This document shows, in pieces, positions 52,601 to 64,000 of a stretch of DNA of 64,000 bases (position 1 is the first letter of the stretch; every line of letters starts with the position of its first letter). Origin of the DNA: Phoronis australis (Eukaryota; Animalia; Phoronida). The stretch lies in assembly GCA_002633005.1 (NCBI GenBank), contig NMRA01000032.1, forward strand, positions 1,158,911 to 1,222,910. Reading direction: 5' to 3'. The translations under genes were made by a program, and so were the position numbers. Under the pieces are notes generated by a model, which worked only from the letters and a program-made list of their open reading frames with translations, ran no database searches and was not told where the DNA came from.

Positions 52601-55600
52601 GGACAGCCATTATCTGGTATGGTCATTATCCCATTTTTGGGGTCACTCCAAAACACTTGGCAGGATAAAACAATTGAAGGTCTGGTACAACAGTTCCTAT
52701 AAACAGCCGTGAGGTCAGCAAAGCAGAACTGACTCTGGTATGTTGAAAACTGATGCACTGAACGTGTAATATCTCAAGTTGTTCACTTTTCGAAAAAAGA
52801 ACATCAGCAAAAGTAGCAATTTTTTCCTCATCCAAACCGGCTTCAGTGATGCAATTCTCTAAGGAGGGGTGGGTTGCGACACTGGTACATGTGAGCCCGT
52901 GGTTGAAACCAATTTGTAGTCATTAATGACCAATCCACTGCTAGCTTGACAAGCCAGGGTGTTTAATGCCTTGTTTGACAACTTGGCTAATATTCCTGCC
53001 GGCGTTTTTTTTTTTTAGTGGTGAGGATCAGATTTCAAAATGAGTCATACCACAGACCAGAACAAGCTATGCTTATTTAACTTAACTTTAAATTCAAAGC
53101 CAAAGTCACAAAATTTCATGAGGTGCTTCCCTCGTGATGTATCTCTGCAAAGTTGTGGAATACTCAGATGATTAAGACAAGAATTCAGAGCTTCCACAGT
53201 TACCAATTTTTCAATCTTTCAAAAAAGAAATTGTAAGTTACCAGTTGGGAAAATTATTGCAGGGCAACATGTGGAGTGAAATTTCTACCTGTGACAAAAC
53301 TCCCAATGCAAATATAAAAATCGGTTACCCATTTCATTGATCGCTTCATTACACAATTTCACGATCTCCTCCAATGATCGACCTTCTTCTGCCAAAGCAC
53401 CTGCAATCTACAAGAGACAAGATTTTCAATACCTCATTCACACGAGCATTTTTATCAATGACTGAACCAGACAGCGCATTAATGACAAGTATTCACAAAG
53501 ACATCTCATCAAATTTGTTAGGACCAGAATAAACATTCAGTGCACTGCTTCACAGTGTTCTAGCCATCACATTCTCAAACAAAGTCTAACCAAACGATAC
53601 ATCAATGAAATTTCTCCCATCAGCGATGATTAGGAACACCTGTCTGATAATTTCATTGCTTATCATCAGATCTCTGAATAGACGTTTTAGAAGCATTTCA
53701 CAACCAAAATATTTTTCACACGTCCAAACAGACCTTGATCTATACAGGGTGATCAGACATGCTGATGTGAAAGTCGTCTAACTCTTGATAAAGAAATTGT
53801 GTTTGAGAAGTTAAAAATGTCCAAGTCTAATACAAACCTCATGAAGTGTATGTCTGGTTTTTCAATGATTCATCTAAAGCCACGCACAGCCCCATACCAA
53901 AAAATAATGTGTAAGGACCTCTGGAGACATTTCTAGATCATTTAGCAATTTTAAAGCAGCTATCGACCTGCCAACCACAAAAATCTAAAATTTGTTTTAA
54001 ATGTCTAAAAGTTACAAAATTGGCCCTGACTTGTACCTTACCAAAGTTAGATTTGATTCCTGAGCTTGTAAAAAAGACTCATAGTTTGTTCTTGTTTGAG
54101 ATCAGACTCAAAATGATTGCTTGCCACAATGAGTCATTTTATGCACCAAGCATAGACTGACACGGACAATAACATAACATCAGAGCCAATACCCGAGAAA
54201 CCACTTCTCATAACTGTAGGGAACAAGTGGAGTCCAGTTTTATGTTGGTAGTGGTCGGAAGCAAAAGTTTGTTTCTTTGATGGAACAGCGGTTAACAGAA
54301 GCTTTAAGTTTTCACAATAAAACGATAAACTGAGTGGAGTTGATTGCCTCTGCAGCTAGTTTGACCACCGCAGACTTGACTGATTTCAACTGCGAACCAA
54401 AAACTTAATTTTTTGCTGCTGTATGTTGTGTTGAAAGATAAAGTATAGGAAGCTTTTAAACAGAAAGTCACCATCACCATGCCTATAGTAGAGCTACAAG
54501 CTTACCAGCGTGTGTATTGAGCAAAGCGTGCAGCAAAAAGAAATGGCATTGCCAGTAAATCCTTGGTTAGGTTTCAATTAGGAAGCAGTACAAAGCTATC
54601 AATTGAGCACAGCCATCAAAAAACAAGTTCGCAAAATCCAAAAGGCTTCAAATTTTGCCAGATACAGAACAGTTGTCACTCACTATACTACCAAAGAAAT
54701 TAAATGTTCAGTGTAATATGACTATGATGTGACGATGGATCATTTATTAATATTTGGCATGCATGGTATTGGTATCTCCACCTTTTGGACTAGTAGTACA
54801 CCACAGAGACCCCGGCGGCCAGCCGTTTTGTCACGGGTAGTCAGGGCACAGTCCTCGCCCACCACCACCATGTCTACTTTGTAACCCTCATTCTCAGCCC
54901 GTTTGTTGGCGATGCCGAAATTGATTCTGTCGCCAGTGTAGTTTTTTATAACAAGTAAAGTTCCGGCTGAAAATAGATGCAGCACCACAGTATGTTGATA
55001 TCTACTTCACCTTTAACAGCGTACAGTTATTAGAAACAACAAAGCAAGCTTTTTACAAATAATCCACTACGCACATCATTATAAAAACTCATGTTCAAGT
55101 ATGGCAGAAACCTTTCACCCGATGACAGTGGACATGGCGTGCTCGTTACAGATTTGGAAACCAGACGTCATTTATAGCAATGAAACGAAGTGTGACAATG
55201 AACAGTGAGCGCAAATTGGTCAGAAGAGATAACAACAGGTGCTTATTCGCACCACATTGTTGATGCACTGGGAGATTAGAGTACTTCGACAGCAACGTGG
55301 CACTATCAGTCCACTGCCCACATTAACTACAGCACTAGCAAGTTGCAAAAGTTAAAGAGCAAAAAACAATTCGGGGGATTTCCCCTGTTGTGCTTCTGTC
55401 GTTTTTCAAACGCATTGAGACGCTTGTCCGGGCTTCTAAACATCCAGTGGCATCACAGATAACTTGGTGACGTGTAAGTAATATGACACAGAACAACACT
55501 AACTTATCACTTGCGAGCATCTGAATTGAAAGCACGGATCCAATGCAACATGATTTTTGTGCAAGTACAATAAAGCAATCATAGTAGGAAAATAAATAAT

Positions 55601-58400
55601 TGTGAATGAGCCACGAAATGCATTAAATACTTAATACGTAAATGAGCAAGTCTTTTGTCCAAAAATTCATGATACATGTGTTATCCTACCACACTGAAGT
55701 CAAATCTCAAAGTCTAAAACCCAAATTATGAATCAGGTAAAACATCCATAACAAGCCATATGTGACTTCAGGATGTTTACAAGTCTGCAACTATCCCACA
55801 ATGCATCAGAAAAATGGCAGCAGTGCTGTAGGACAATCTAAACATGGGGCTAAAACACTGAACTTCAGCGCTATCTCAGAGTGAAGAAGTTGTGCTTGAC
55901 TGCGGTGACGGGCTTAGCAGAGCAAGTGGTTTAAGGCAATACATGCGGATTCAGTAATTTGAGAGGATTTTAGCACCTAGACTTATGCAGCGTCAACAAC
56001 TTGTAAGAAAGCACAACAACTAGTTCCCATCGTGATCACAAGGCATCTCACCTTCACCATCACCGCTTGCCCTGCTAAACCCCGCCTCCCTGCCACTTTA
56101 TTTGAGATCACAGCACAGTCATCCGCTAATGTCACACTTCCTATGCGTAGACCCTGAGAACTGGCCCGCTCTATGGCTCGGCCAAATGTGAGTCGATCGC
56201 CAGTGTAATTGGGGATTATTATGAAAATCCCCGACTCTGTCAAAAGGAAAGATGTACGTTTGTATTCAAACTCAGGGATTCAACAAATGAACATTTTGCC
56301 TTGACAAGGGCAAGTTTGAGTTTGAGACATAATTTAATCTGAGAAAATCTTTTTTCCCCAGCACAACTTTTGAAACGGATGCAGTGAGAGCAAAGTACAC
56401 AAAACTGAATTATGGCAATTACTATCAGTAGTCCTTCAATGTGTCACTTGTGCATTGGTAAAGGGGTTGAGCACCAAAGCATACTACTGGTTAAATTTAG
56501 GCTACATGTCTTATACGTAAATTTTAAATGCTTTTACAGAACATTTCTAGCAAGCTATTTACTTCGAAACAAAAATTTCTGGATCAGTTTCAAAGGATTA
56601 TCATTGAATATAAATTTGCTTTTCGCACTGTTAAGCTGGCTAAAAGCAAAAAAATCAAATTAGGCCTTTAACTCAGTCTCATAAAAATGTTCTCATAATA
56701 TTCCTCACTGTGACAGGATTTCATTTCCGTTACCAACTCAAGTCACAGGTGACGCATACAAGCTCCATTTTCAAATTTACAATTTTAGGGTTGGCCAGCT
56801 GCAACCCACCAAAAATCCAAATTGTTTTCTGAAGTTGCTGATCACGTTTTTGATGTTCTTGTTGGTAAAATAGAATCCCATCACAGTAATGAATATTACG
56901 AGATTGATTTTATGAGAGTAAAAGAATTAAATTGATTTTCGTTATTAGCCAGCTAAATAAGACGAAATGTAACATTGACACTTATTCAGCACCAATGAAT
57001 ATCACAACCATGGATGCACATGAGAGCAAAATCTGAAATGTGGAGTTAACTGAAGTCTCTGTTTATAATACTTATCCAACATGAACAAAACTGCTTAAGG
57101 CCAGGTGTTTTGTGACTTGTGATTTCAATAGGACTGATAAGACTACCGCTATGCTGAACTCGTCATATAAGAAAAATACAAGTTATGGGTCAATTTTTTT
57201 GTTTAAAGATTGTTCTTAAATGCCAGTGAAGAATCTTACAATGCCAAGAGATTGTTGGGCATCTTGATGACAACATTAGGAGACGGGCTGGATATTACCA
57301 ATATTACGGTTTGCAAACCATAGTGCGATTGGCTGTATTGTTCACGAAAGTCACACATCAACATTCCTGCAGAGATCCTAACCACTTCACTATTGACACC
57401 AATTGTGTTGTAGGCCTCTCATGGGGGTTTGTTACCAATAGTAGTAATAAAATGTATTTGATTAACTACAAACTGTCTTCCATAACAAAGACACGCTACC
57501 TGACCCTCCTACAGCATGAATGGCAGCCAACACAGCACTCGGTGGTGGCGATGCAAATATCGAGCCAGCGATGGCGCCACTAAGCATACCCTTGCCCACG
57601 TAACCTGCAAAGAAAGCCTGTCAGAATCAGAACAATGCTGTGTCAATTATTGCTCATCGCTTATTCACAACTGTCACTCATGCTCTGCATGTAAAAACTG
57701 GTCGCTATGTATAAACTCCAGGGGGCCTGATTCTTGCTGAATCTATTGGTTTATGTTTTTTGGACTTTCGGCTAAAAAACACTCTACAGATGGCTTAGCC
57801 TGTTTCCTGAAGCAGGCTATAGCTGAACACGAGAAAATCTGTTTACCAGTCTTTACCACTCAAACTCAATAGACAGAAATCTGTATGGATATTCGTAGTC
57901 AGATTTCCAACTTTTAGCTCAGTCAAAAGACAATAGCCTCTTTGAGAAACGGTACTTGAAAGTGACAGGTGATGTTGTAACTCAATCCTTTACCATATTC
58001 AACTTCAGTGTACCACAGATAAAATCAAGAAAATATTTAAAAAATTGTGGGCATTCACAACAATGTCAGAAGACATGAAAACTTTTAACAATTATTTTTG
58101 TCCGGAATTGGAGAGAGCACAGCAAACGAGGAGACAATTCATAAAGTGAAATCTCAGATTACAGTCACTCATAATTTTCACACATTGCAGCAATACGTCA
58201 CCTGCATGTGCAGGTTCATGACCAGAGCCACCTCCGCACAGTACAGCCACCTTCCCAGCCTTCCTGGCAGCATCAGCATCGCCGCGCACAACAACACGAT
58301 GTCCCTTCAGCAGACGAGCTCCGGGATTCACAAATACGTGACCTTCAAGGCTTTCATCTACGCAGCGTTCCACACTGTTTATGAACTTCTTGGTGGCCAT
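37674..58400 (-). CDS. TKFC: Triokinase/FMN cyclase (dihydroxyacetone kinase, DAK1+DAK2 domains), 587 aa
   Basis: Minus-strand exons 58400-58202, 57604-57500, [56236-56052 or 54966-54782], 53407-53329, 52413-52286, 51844-51670, 50847-50731, 50143-50003, 49491-49357, 48965-48847, 48261-48158, 46050-46017, 44917-44831, 37829-37674 (1764 nt in frame). Motifs [59 protein letters not shown]. Alternative in-frame ATG at 58406. Confidence 0.95.
38735..39162. other. Assembly gap (428 N)
   Basis: Run of n characters. Confidence 1.
39480..40642. repeat. Internal direct duplications inside the composite element
   Basis: ~39490-39562 matches ~39972-40045; ~39622-39868 matches ~40393-40640 (GGGTnAnTCACTT...ACTAAAGCC). 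Confidence 0.85.
40652..40815 (+). pseudogene. Frameshifted Merlin/ISXO2-like (IS1595-family) DDE transposase C-terminal fragment
   Basis: NVENYWSYI / [27 protein letters not shown]...[10 protein letters not shown] matches the N.IE..W..K....G.....L..YLDEF.WR pattern of Merlin transposases. Confidence 0.7.
41017..41250. mobile_element. hAT-type MITE nested in the composite element
   Basis: TIRs CAGTAGTGTAGC / GCTACGCCACTG; 8-bp flanks CTCATCTA / CTCATGCA. Confidence 0.7.
42158..42823. mobile_element. Foldback element with ~21-bp GTGGAAATTATTTTCACC repeats
   Basis: 42377-~42550 mirrored by ~42650-42823 (CTCTTGAAATGTTTATTTCAAACATGTGTTAACAATTGG and its reverse complement); a partial extra arm at 42158-42375. 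Confidence 0.8.
45812..45997. repeat. ~62-bp tandem repeat, 3 copies, next to the donor of TKFC exon 46050-46017
   Basis: CCCTAGCAT..CATCCAACGTGCA(A/G)ACAAACT..CTCAC.ATCCCAAT..ACAGGACA three times. Confidence 0.9.
46699..47517. mobile_element. Tc1/mariner-type MITE (TA TSD)
   Basis: TA|CAGTCAAGTGACCTAATTATCGGAC ... GTCCGATAATTAGGTACACTATGTG|TA. Confidence 0.7.
52040..52190 (-). mobile_element. Decayed tRNA-derived SINE-like fragment
   Basis: Reverse strand reads ...TCGCGAGTTCTACTC...TGTCCTTGAGCGAGGTACTT, resembling a B box followed by the TGTCCTTGAGCAAGGCACTT block common in SINE2 elements. Confidence 0.35.
54782..54966 (-). CDS. TKFC: TKFC exon 3b (canonical-type exon, KNYTGD)
   Basis: attttcag|CC...AAG|gtggag; 185 nt, phase 1 to 0; [61 protein letters not shown]. 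Confidence 0.88.
56052..56236 (-). CDS. TKFC: TKFC exon 3a (divergent paralogous exon, PNYTGD)
   Basis: ttttgacag|AG...AAG|gtgaga; 185 nt, phase 1 to 0; [61 protein letters not shown]. Confidence 0.8.
56634..56954. mobile_element. MITE with ~70-bp TIRs (related copy at ~19025-19320)
   Basis: AGCTGGCTAA..AAATCAA..TCTCATAAAA..ATATTC mirrored by GAATAT..TTTTATGAGA..TTGATTTT..TTAGCCAGCT; the same right arm occurs at ~19256-19320. Confidence 0.7.
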
Positions 58401-58640
58401 TTTCATTCACCGTCAATGCTGCAATCGAGATTAAATATTACTATTACTCTGACATGTGTAGGCAAGCTGAGTCTTGAAAGTTCAATGAGCTTTTTACTAA
58501 TTATTAATTTGTGTTCTGATTGCTTCAATGTGCTTCATGTGAGGATCCATTACAGTACTATTAAGCTAGACTCTTCCATCATCCTTGGCTTATTTCGTGT
58601 GCTAGAATCTCGATTAGTTGTGTATGTACTTTTATTGTAT

Positions 58641-58918
58641 ATACAAAAACCGGCGTGGAAATATATAGATCACAAACATTTTAAGTTTGGTCTGCACGCC
58701 ACCGCCACCTATTGTCCACATCACGTGACCTAATGAACATAAGTCCCAAAAGATTTCTGTCCCCGACCGGGATTCGAACCCAGGACCTTTTGCTATTCGT
58801 GCCCCGATAGGAGGCAGAAATCTTTTCTGACTTATTTCATTAGGTCATGTGATGTTGCCAACAGGTGGCGTGCAGACCAGACCGAAATGTTTGTGAACTT
58901 TTATTGTATGTTTTGTAT
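58641..58918. mobile_element. Short foldback element with a tRNA 3'-half (B box) in its loop
   Basis: Arms ~58670-58763 and ~58810-58896 are reverse complements; the loop on the minus strand reads AAGGTCCTGGGTTCGAATCCCGGTCGGGGACA; direct repeat ACTTTTATTGTAT at 58628 and 58897. Confidence 0.75.
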
Positions 58919-60843
58919 TTTTATGTGAGATTTACCAAATAATTCTATATATGTACTACTATGGCCATGGAATGTGCCCCTCAGATGCCACTCTCTTTTT
59001 CACCGCCACTTTCCTTATGAAAGGATGCCTTTCCCATCAAGGGTTCGAAAAGTCTACAGACTACCTGACAAGTTAAAGGGATGAACTTTTGCAACTACAA
59101 AAAATTAGACCAGGGCAGTTTTTAATATTATCTGTATTTCTGACATTTTGTTGCAAAAGAGTCACTTACTTTTAACAAATTAGGCACTACTCGGATATGG
59201 CCATGGTCGCATTCAGAGAACCAGGCAATCACTGAATAACATTAACAGACACGTATGTTCAGAGCCAGAGGCCCTGGGACTGGTTGACACTAGTTCAGGG
59301 ACCGCTAGGCCTAATGTCCGACCAACAGACAAGGCAATTCGACAAGAATAAACAGTTTGAATTCTTGTAAAGAGTAAGTATTACCTATTGCATGTCCTAA
59401 ATCGCCCCTTTTCAGGTTGAGACGTGGAGCAAAGCGAGGCTTTGCATTACTTAACACCTGTGCACGTTCCCGGCGTAGACTTTGCTCGATGGGAGCGCCG
59501 TCTTTTGTCAGCATCATTCTGCTTCTCAATGAGATGAATTTATTCCGCAGTTGTACTGCTGTACGTGAACTTGGAAGTGAATATTCATTTGGGCAATCAG
59601 GTGAATCTTTTGTTCAGTGTAAAGAATTTTTGTAATTACTGGCCTCATGATCACCCATTTTCTCCTTTAGCCTAACTTGTGTCAAAGAAGCGGAGGACTA
59701 TGTGAATGGTTAATTCGTTAAATCAATTATTGTCTGATGGCCAACAGTTGGAAAAATATTGGTTAAAATTTGGCATTTTATTCACATGTAATTTGATTTA
59801 GCGCAGTGCAAATTTTTATCAACGTGAGCGTGATTATTTTAGTGTTTCTTGGTGCATTCCAAGTTCACACGCATACGCAATCTTGAGATTAAGCAAGATT
59901 TCAAGTTCACGCCAGCAGAACAACACGTACTTGTGCTACGGTGTATTTTACACTACACCAATTTCCGCGCGATTTAGGGAGGCAGCGGGAGAGGAGATAT
60001 ATTTTAATGCATGCAGAAAAATTAAGCAAACCATAACTCATTTGATCAGTTTGGGCGTTTTTAGCGCGATACTTGATCATACGAAAAATTTGCATCAGAG
60101 CGAGTACGAGCCATTGTTTACACTATATTCTTGAGGTCTTCTTAAATTCCACAATTCTGAGAAAAAAAAGATAGAGAACATTTTTTCATCTTCTAGTGAT
60201 GGATTTACACTCACTGGGGTCATCAGGTCGACGTTTTTGTAAGGGGACCTCCATTTAAAACAATCGCCCACGCCCAGCAGGACCGTCCGACTCCGTGGAC
60301 CGGCGCTTTCCCTATCTAGTTTTATTGATAACATTTTACGGATCTGCTCACGAAGGGGCTCCCCATGATGGAATACGGCCAAGTTGTCTCTCTTTTCCTG
60401 TTTTTTTTTTGTGAAATCTTAGGGCCCACCCATTTGTGTTGAGAACTGGTGGCCCGATAGAACCAGCTAGTTTTCACTCTTTTCCAGTTATTTCATGATA
60501 TAACCCCGGCCCTCATATTAGATTACTTGGGAACATGCTTTTCACATAAAAGACACAGTGTTATACATGGTCGCTCTCTTGGAAGGGCGGCCCCCATTCA
60601 CTTAGGTCAATTGCCCGCTCACCCTATAAATTCGACACAGCCAACTATTTTCAAGAGGAAGTAGGCAACATTTCTAACAGGTTAGGAAGATCGGATACGT
60701 TCACAAGAAGCACAGCAGCATGTGGCACAAATAAACAAAAACGTGTGACACGAGTGTTGTATCGGGAATAAAAAACTTGAAGATCACCGTGAATTACACA
60801 AAGGCAGTATCATCAATAGTTTTACAGCGGTAAAATGTCTGTG

Positions 60844-61112
60844 CCGGCGCGCACCCAGCCTTCAACATGGGGGGCTCGACCGGCGTCCTGGCGTCGTTTG
60901 TGGACCTTTTGCTAACAAAAGAGCGGGCGGACTAAAAAAAAAACGGAAGCACCAGTGACTGTGAAGTACGTGTTTGTGCTTATTTAGTGGACTTTTGTCC
61001 CACTTTCTCGGACTTTTTGTCTCTCGGGGGCGGACCTTTTTGCCCACTACGCCAAATGGGGGGCTCATTCGAGCCCCCCCCCAAGCTCCCCCGCCCCCTG
61101 GGTGCGCGCATG
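60844..61112. mobile_element. hAT-type MITE
   Basis: TIRs CCGGCGCGCACCCAG / CTGGGTGCGCGCATG with internal G/C runs. Confidence 0.7.
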
Positions 61113-61836
61113 GTGTCGGTACTTCTTCCCAGAAAATTTCGAACGTAGTATGGTTTAGGAGAACGATTTTGTGAAGAGGGAGTTCTTCGTACGAAATTCG
61201 CTGCTTTGATCAGACCATAGATACTCGTTATCTACAGTCTATGATCAGACTGTATGCAGTACGACTTTTATGACCGTTTGCAATACACTTGTTTAACGAT
61301 TTAAAGTATTCAGAGTGTATGTAGTGGACTAAAAAGATTTCTGCAAATTTTGTAGAGCAGATTTAACTTATAAACCGTGACAACAGGCTACCTCTGGAAT
61401 GGAGCAGAATTCACATTATACGAATAAAGTCTAAAAATTTCTCGGTGTATGCCCCATCTCCCGGTTGCTTGACAGGTACATGTAACTGCACACATCCCTT
61501 CGAGAATCGCCCATGAATTCCCCAATGGGAATTACGGATTTGAAAAAAATCTCGCAACTTATCACCCGGCAGTCAAGAGGCGTGTCCTTACTAGTTTTCA
61601 CATTGTGTTGCCATATTAGTGGTGGTCGACATATCAAGGTAATATCCAATAAATCGATTGATTTCTCTTTCTAGGTAGTACGTAACTCGACTAAATATCA
61701 CAGATCTTTTACATAACTTGATATGAGCTAACCTTGCGAGAAATTGGCAATATGCTTCAGGGAACTTTAATTGATGCAGGCTGAAATTTCATATCCCAGC
61801 TATTTGCGCTAAAAAAGCTGTGTTCATCATCTCTCG

Positions 61837-62585
61837 TGGCGTTTTTTATTGCCCATCTTTCCAGAGATTATTATTTTATCTTTATGTTATTTGTACACTC
61901 ATATTTCTGTACCTTATCAGTCATAATAAATGACCTTATATCGCCTATACACGGTCTCCTTTGTATCTCTGGAAACGGAGCTTGCGACGCACGTATTATT
62001 TTCGGGACATATTCCGAACATAAATGATATTTCACTCCTTAAATATATTTATGTGAGAATATGGACTCGTCCCACTTATACCCCCATCTTTCGGACTGGT
62101 CCATTAACCCCTTGTGTAGATTCGCATGCGGTCCTCTTGCACTCGAGGCACTAGGACATTCCATTTCCAGCCTCACTAATGCTTCGTTTGTGTTACTGCC
62201 ACGAGTTAAGTCAGGTCCTGGCTCCCATAGGCTGATGATTGTCACGAGTCATAGGGCTCCTTTGTTTTCAGTAAAGTTATATTTCTTGCCATCAGTACTT
62301 CGCTTTAGCAGCACTTAGGTTCAAGTCTAATCTCTCTTTATTTTTTCCCACTCTCTACCACCCTCTCTTTTGGGTGGTTTCTCTTACCTGCTTGCTGGCG
62401 CTTTTTATTGCCCATCTTTCCAGAGATTATAATTTTATCTTTATGTTATTTGTACACTCATATTTCTGTATCTTATCAGTCATAATAAATGACCTTATAT
62501 CGCCTATACTCGGTCTCCTTTGTATCTCTGGAAACGGAGCTTGCGACGCACCTATTATTTTCGGGACATATTCCGAACATAAATG
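61837..62585 (+). repeat. Near-identical 190-bp direct repeat pair (61837-62026 and 62396-62585)
   Basis: TGGCG(T/C)TTTTTATTGCCCATCTTTCC...TCCGAACATAAATG twice with only a few substitutions. Confidence 0.92.
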
Positions 62586-63264
62586 TCAGTGGCAAGAGTG
62601 ACCGTACATAGTTGAACCACAGGTTCCGAGGTAAGATTTTTCGTGCGTGGTAGGATTTTTGAAATGCGTGGTCAAGTTTCCGCCACCTGTGGCTTGTCTG
62701 TGCAGCCCTTTTTACTTGTAGGCCTAATTTTGTTCAGAAAATGACAGCATGGGTTTGCGTTGGGTGGGACAGCTGAAATACCGAGAATGTTTTCATAAGT
62801 AGCATTGAGAAAGGGACAAAGCGAAAGTTACGAAGGTCGCCATTATCGTATAACATTTCTTTTCTCAGAGTGTGATGGGATACAATTTCTGACATTATGC
62901 CAGTAAAATATTCAGGAAGAAACAAGAAAACAGTAATTAGGTTGTTTAGGGATGTGTAGTCTTACTGCTCACGTTGAATACTGGAAAAATCTTGATAATT
63001 TAAATATTCAAAAATATTTTTGAAAAAATTTGGTCGCAAACGACGTAACTGTTTGTCTTTGATGTCATCGACTATGCCACGTTATTCGTTTATAATTCGT
63101 TGCTTGCCAACCGGCACGTCATATGATTGTTTCGCAATATGTTTTTGGATACCAGGCCTCACAACATCTTTGGCTGTCGAGCTAATAGGACGTGTCGGAG
63201 AGCCGCTCTTGGCCAGAGCTCTCCACTGCGCATGTCAAGACTGAACTAGGCGCACGTCATAAAG

Positions 63265-64000
63265 CATGTGACATCACTTATGCACATCACAAGCGCTGCT
63301 ATGTAACTGTGACCTGACATCGGGATGTGACGTCAGCATTTCATTCCTCTTGTGAGCGATTGGTACGTTCTCAAGGGAAGGCCCGTTTGTAGGTCTTCCT
63401 GTCCTCAAACGTGGCGGTTTGAACAACTCAACATCACAGGAAGAAATGATGGAACAATGATGCTGCACGTGGCGCAGAACGTTGGCTTTGAAAGTACCAA
63501 CTATTCCTAAAGCGAGATGGGCACGCAGAGGGAGGTGTTTGAAGCGAACGTAGTCAACTTAGCCTACGTACACTGTAGCGTGTCACATCGACAGCAAATC
63601 CTTCGTATGCAACATGGCCGCGTTAAGGAAAAGAATTCGGTCCGAATCCCAGCCACTGTAGTCAAGGACTTGCCTCCTTCGTAAGCGAGATGGGGACGTA
63701 TCGAAGGGATCGAGCCTTTTCTGAGTTGTATATGACGCAACGCTGAGTTACCTAGAGCCTATCCCAGCGAACGCAGAACATCCGTGGGTAGAGTAGGACC
63801 GACAAGCGCCAGGCCATTACTCCTGTTGACCAGAACAGCTTCCTTCCAAAAAGGCTTACGTCATGAAGCAAATGGCATCACTGTATCACATATGGACATC
63901 ACAAGCCGGCTGCTGCGTAGGCCTAACTGTGACCTGACATCGGGATCTGACGTCTGCATTGTATTCCTCTTGTGAGCGATTGGCACGTTCTCAAGGGAAG
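63265..64000. repeat. ~620-bp-period repeat running off the window end
   Basis: TAACTGTGACCTGACATCGGGAT.TGACGTC.GCATT..ATTCCTCTTGTGAGCGATTGG.ACGTTCTCAAGGGAAG at ~63304-63380 and ~63924-64000. Confidence 0.8.

Noticed and set aside
55335-55535. Third TKFC exon-3 copy
   Set aside because: Has an acceptor-like site but no NYTGD/GRRG homology and ends in a stop.
55257-57387. Docking/selector pairings around TKFC exon 3a (AAGTGGTT/AACCACTT; TGTTGATG/CATCAACA)
   Set aside because: Only 8-bp matches, expected by chance; needs comparative covariation.
58098-58733. 211-aa plus-strand ORF
   Set aside because: Antisense shadow of TKFC exon 1 running into a repeat; no recognisable domain.
58759-58790. 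tRNA gene
   Set aside because: Only T-arm and 3' acceptor strand present; no D arm/A box; embedded in a palindrome.

Overview
Intron-rich, AT-rich animal genomic DNA (invertebrate; lophotrochozoan-like is only a guess), with one assembly gap (38735-39162). Four protein-coding genes: (1) the 3' half of a nesprin/SYNE spectrin-repeat KASH gene (+, 382-17423, 14 exons in window); (2) an intronless secreted CTHRC1-C-terminal-domain gene lacking the collagen repeat (+, 21761-22564); (3) a complete cytosolic Hsp90 (+, 30254-35646, MEEVD end) with an upstream heat-shock element and several intronic snoRNA-like RNAs; (4) a triokinase/FMN cyclase (TKFC/DAK; -, 58400-37674). Introns carry many MITEs/foldback elements and a 6.3-kb composite TIR element holding a Merlin-like transposase fragment. 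Most notable: two paralogous, mutually exclusive 185-nt TKFC exons that swap a substrate-site residue (KNYTGD vs PNYTGD); a tandem array of variant KASH-peptide cassettes behind the nesprin stop; a ~350-nt multi-domain H/ACA-type RNA and a candidate C/D guide complementary to the tRNA-Tyr anticodon loop in Hsp90 introns. All gene models and RNA structures were read by eye; no searches were run.
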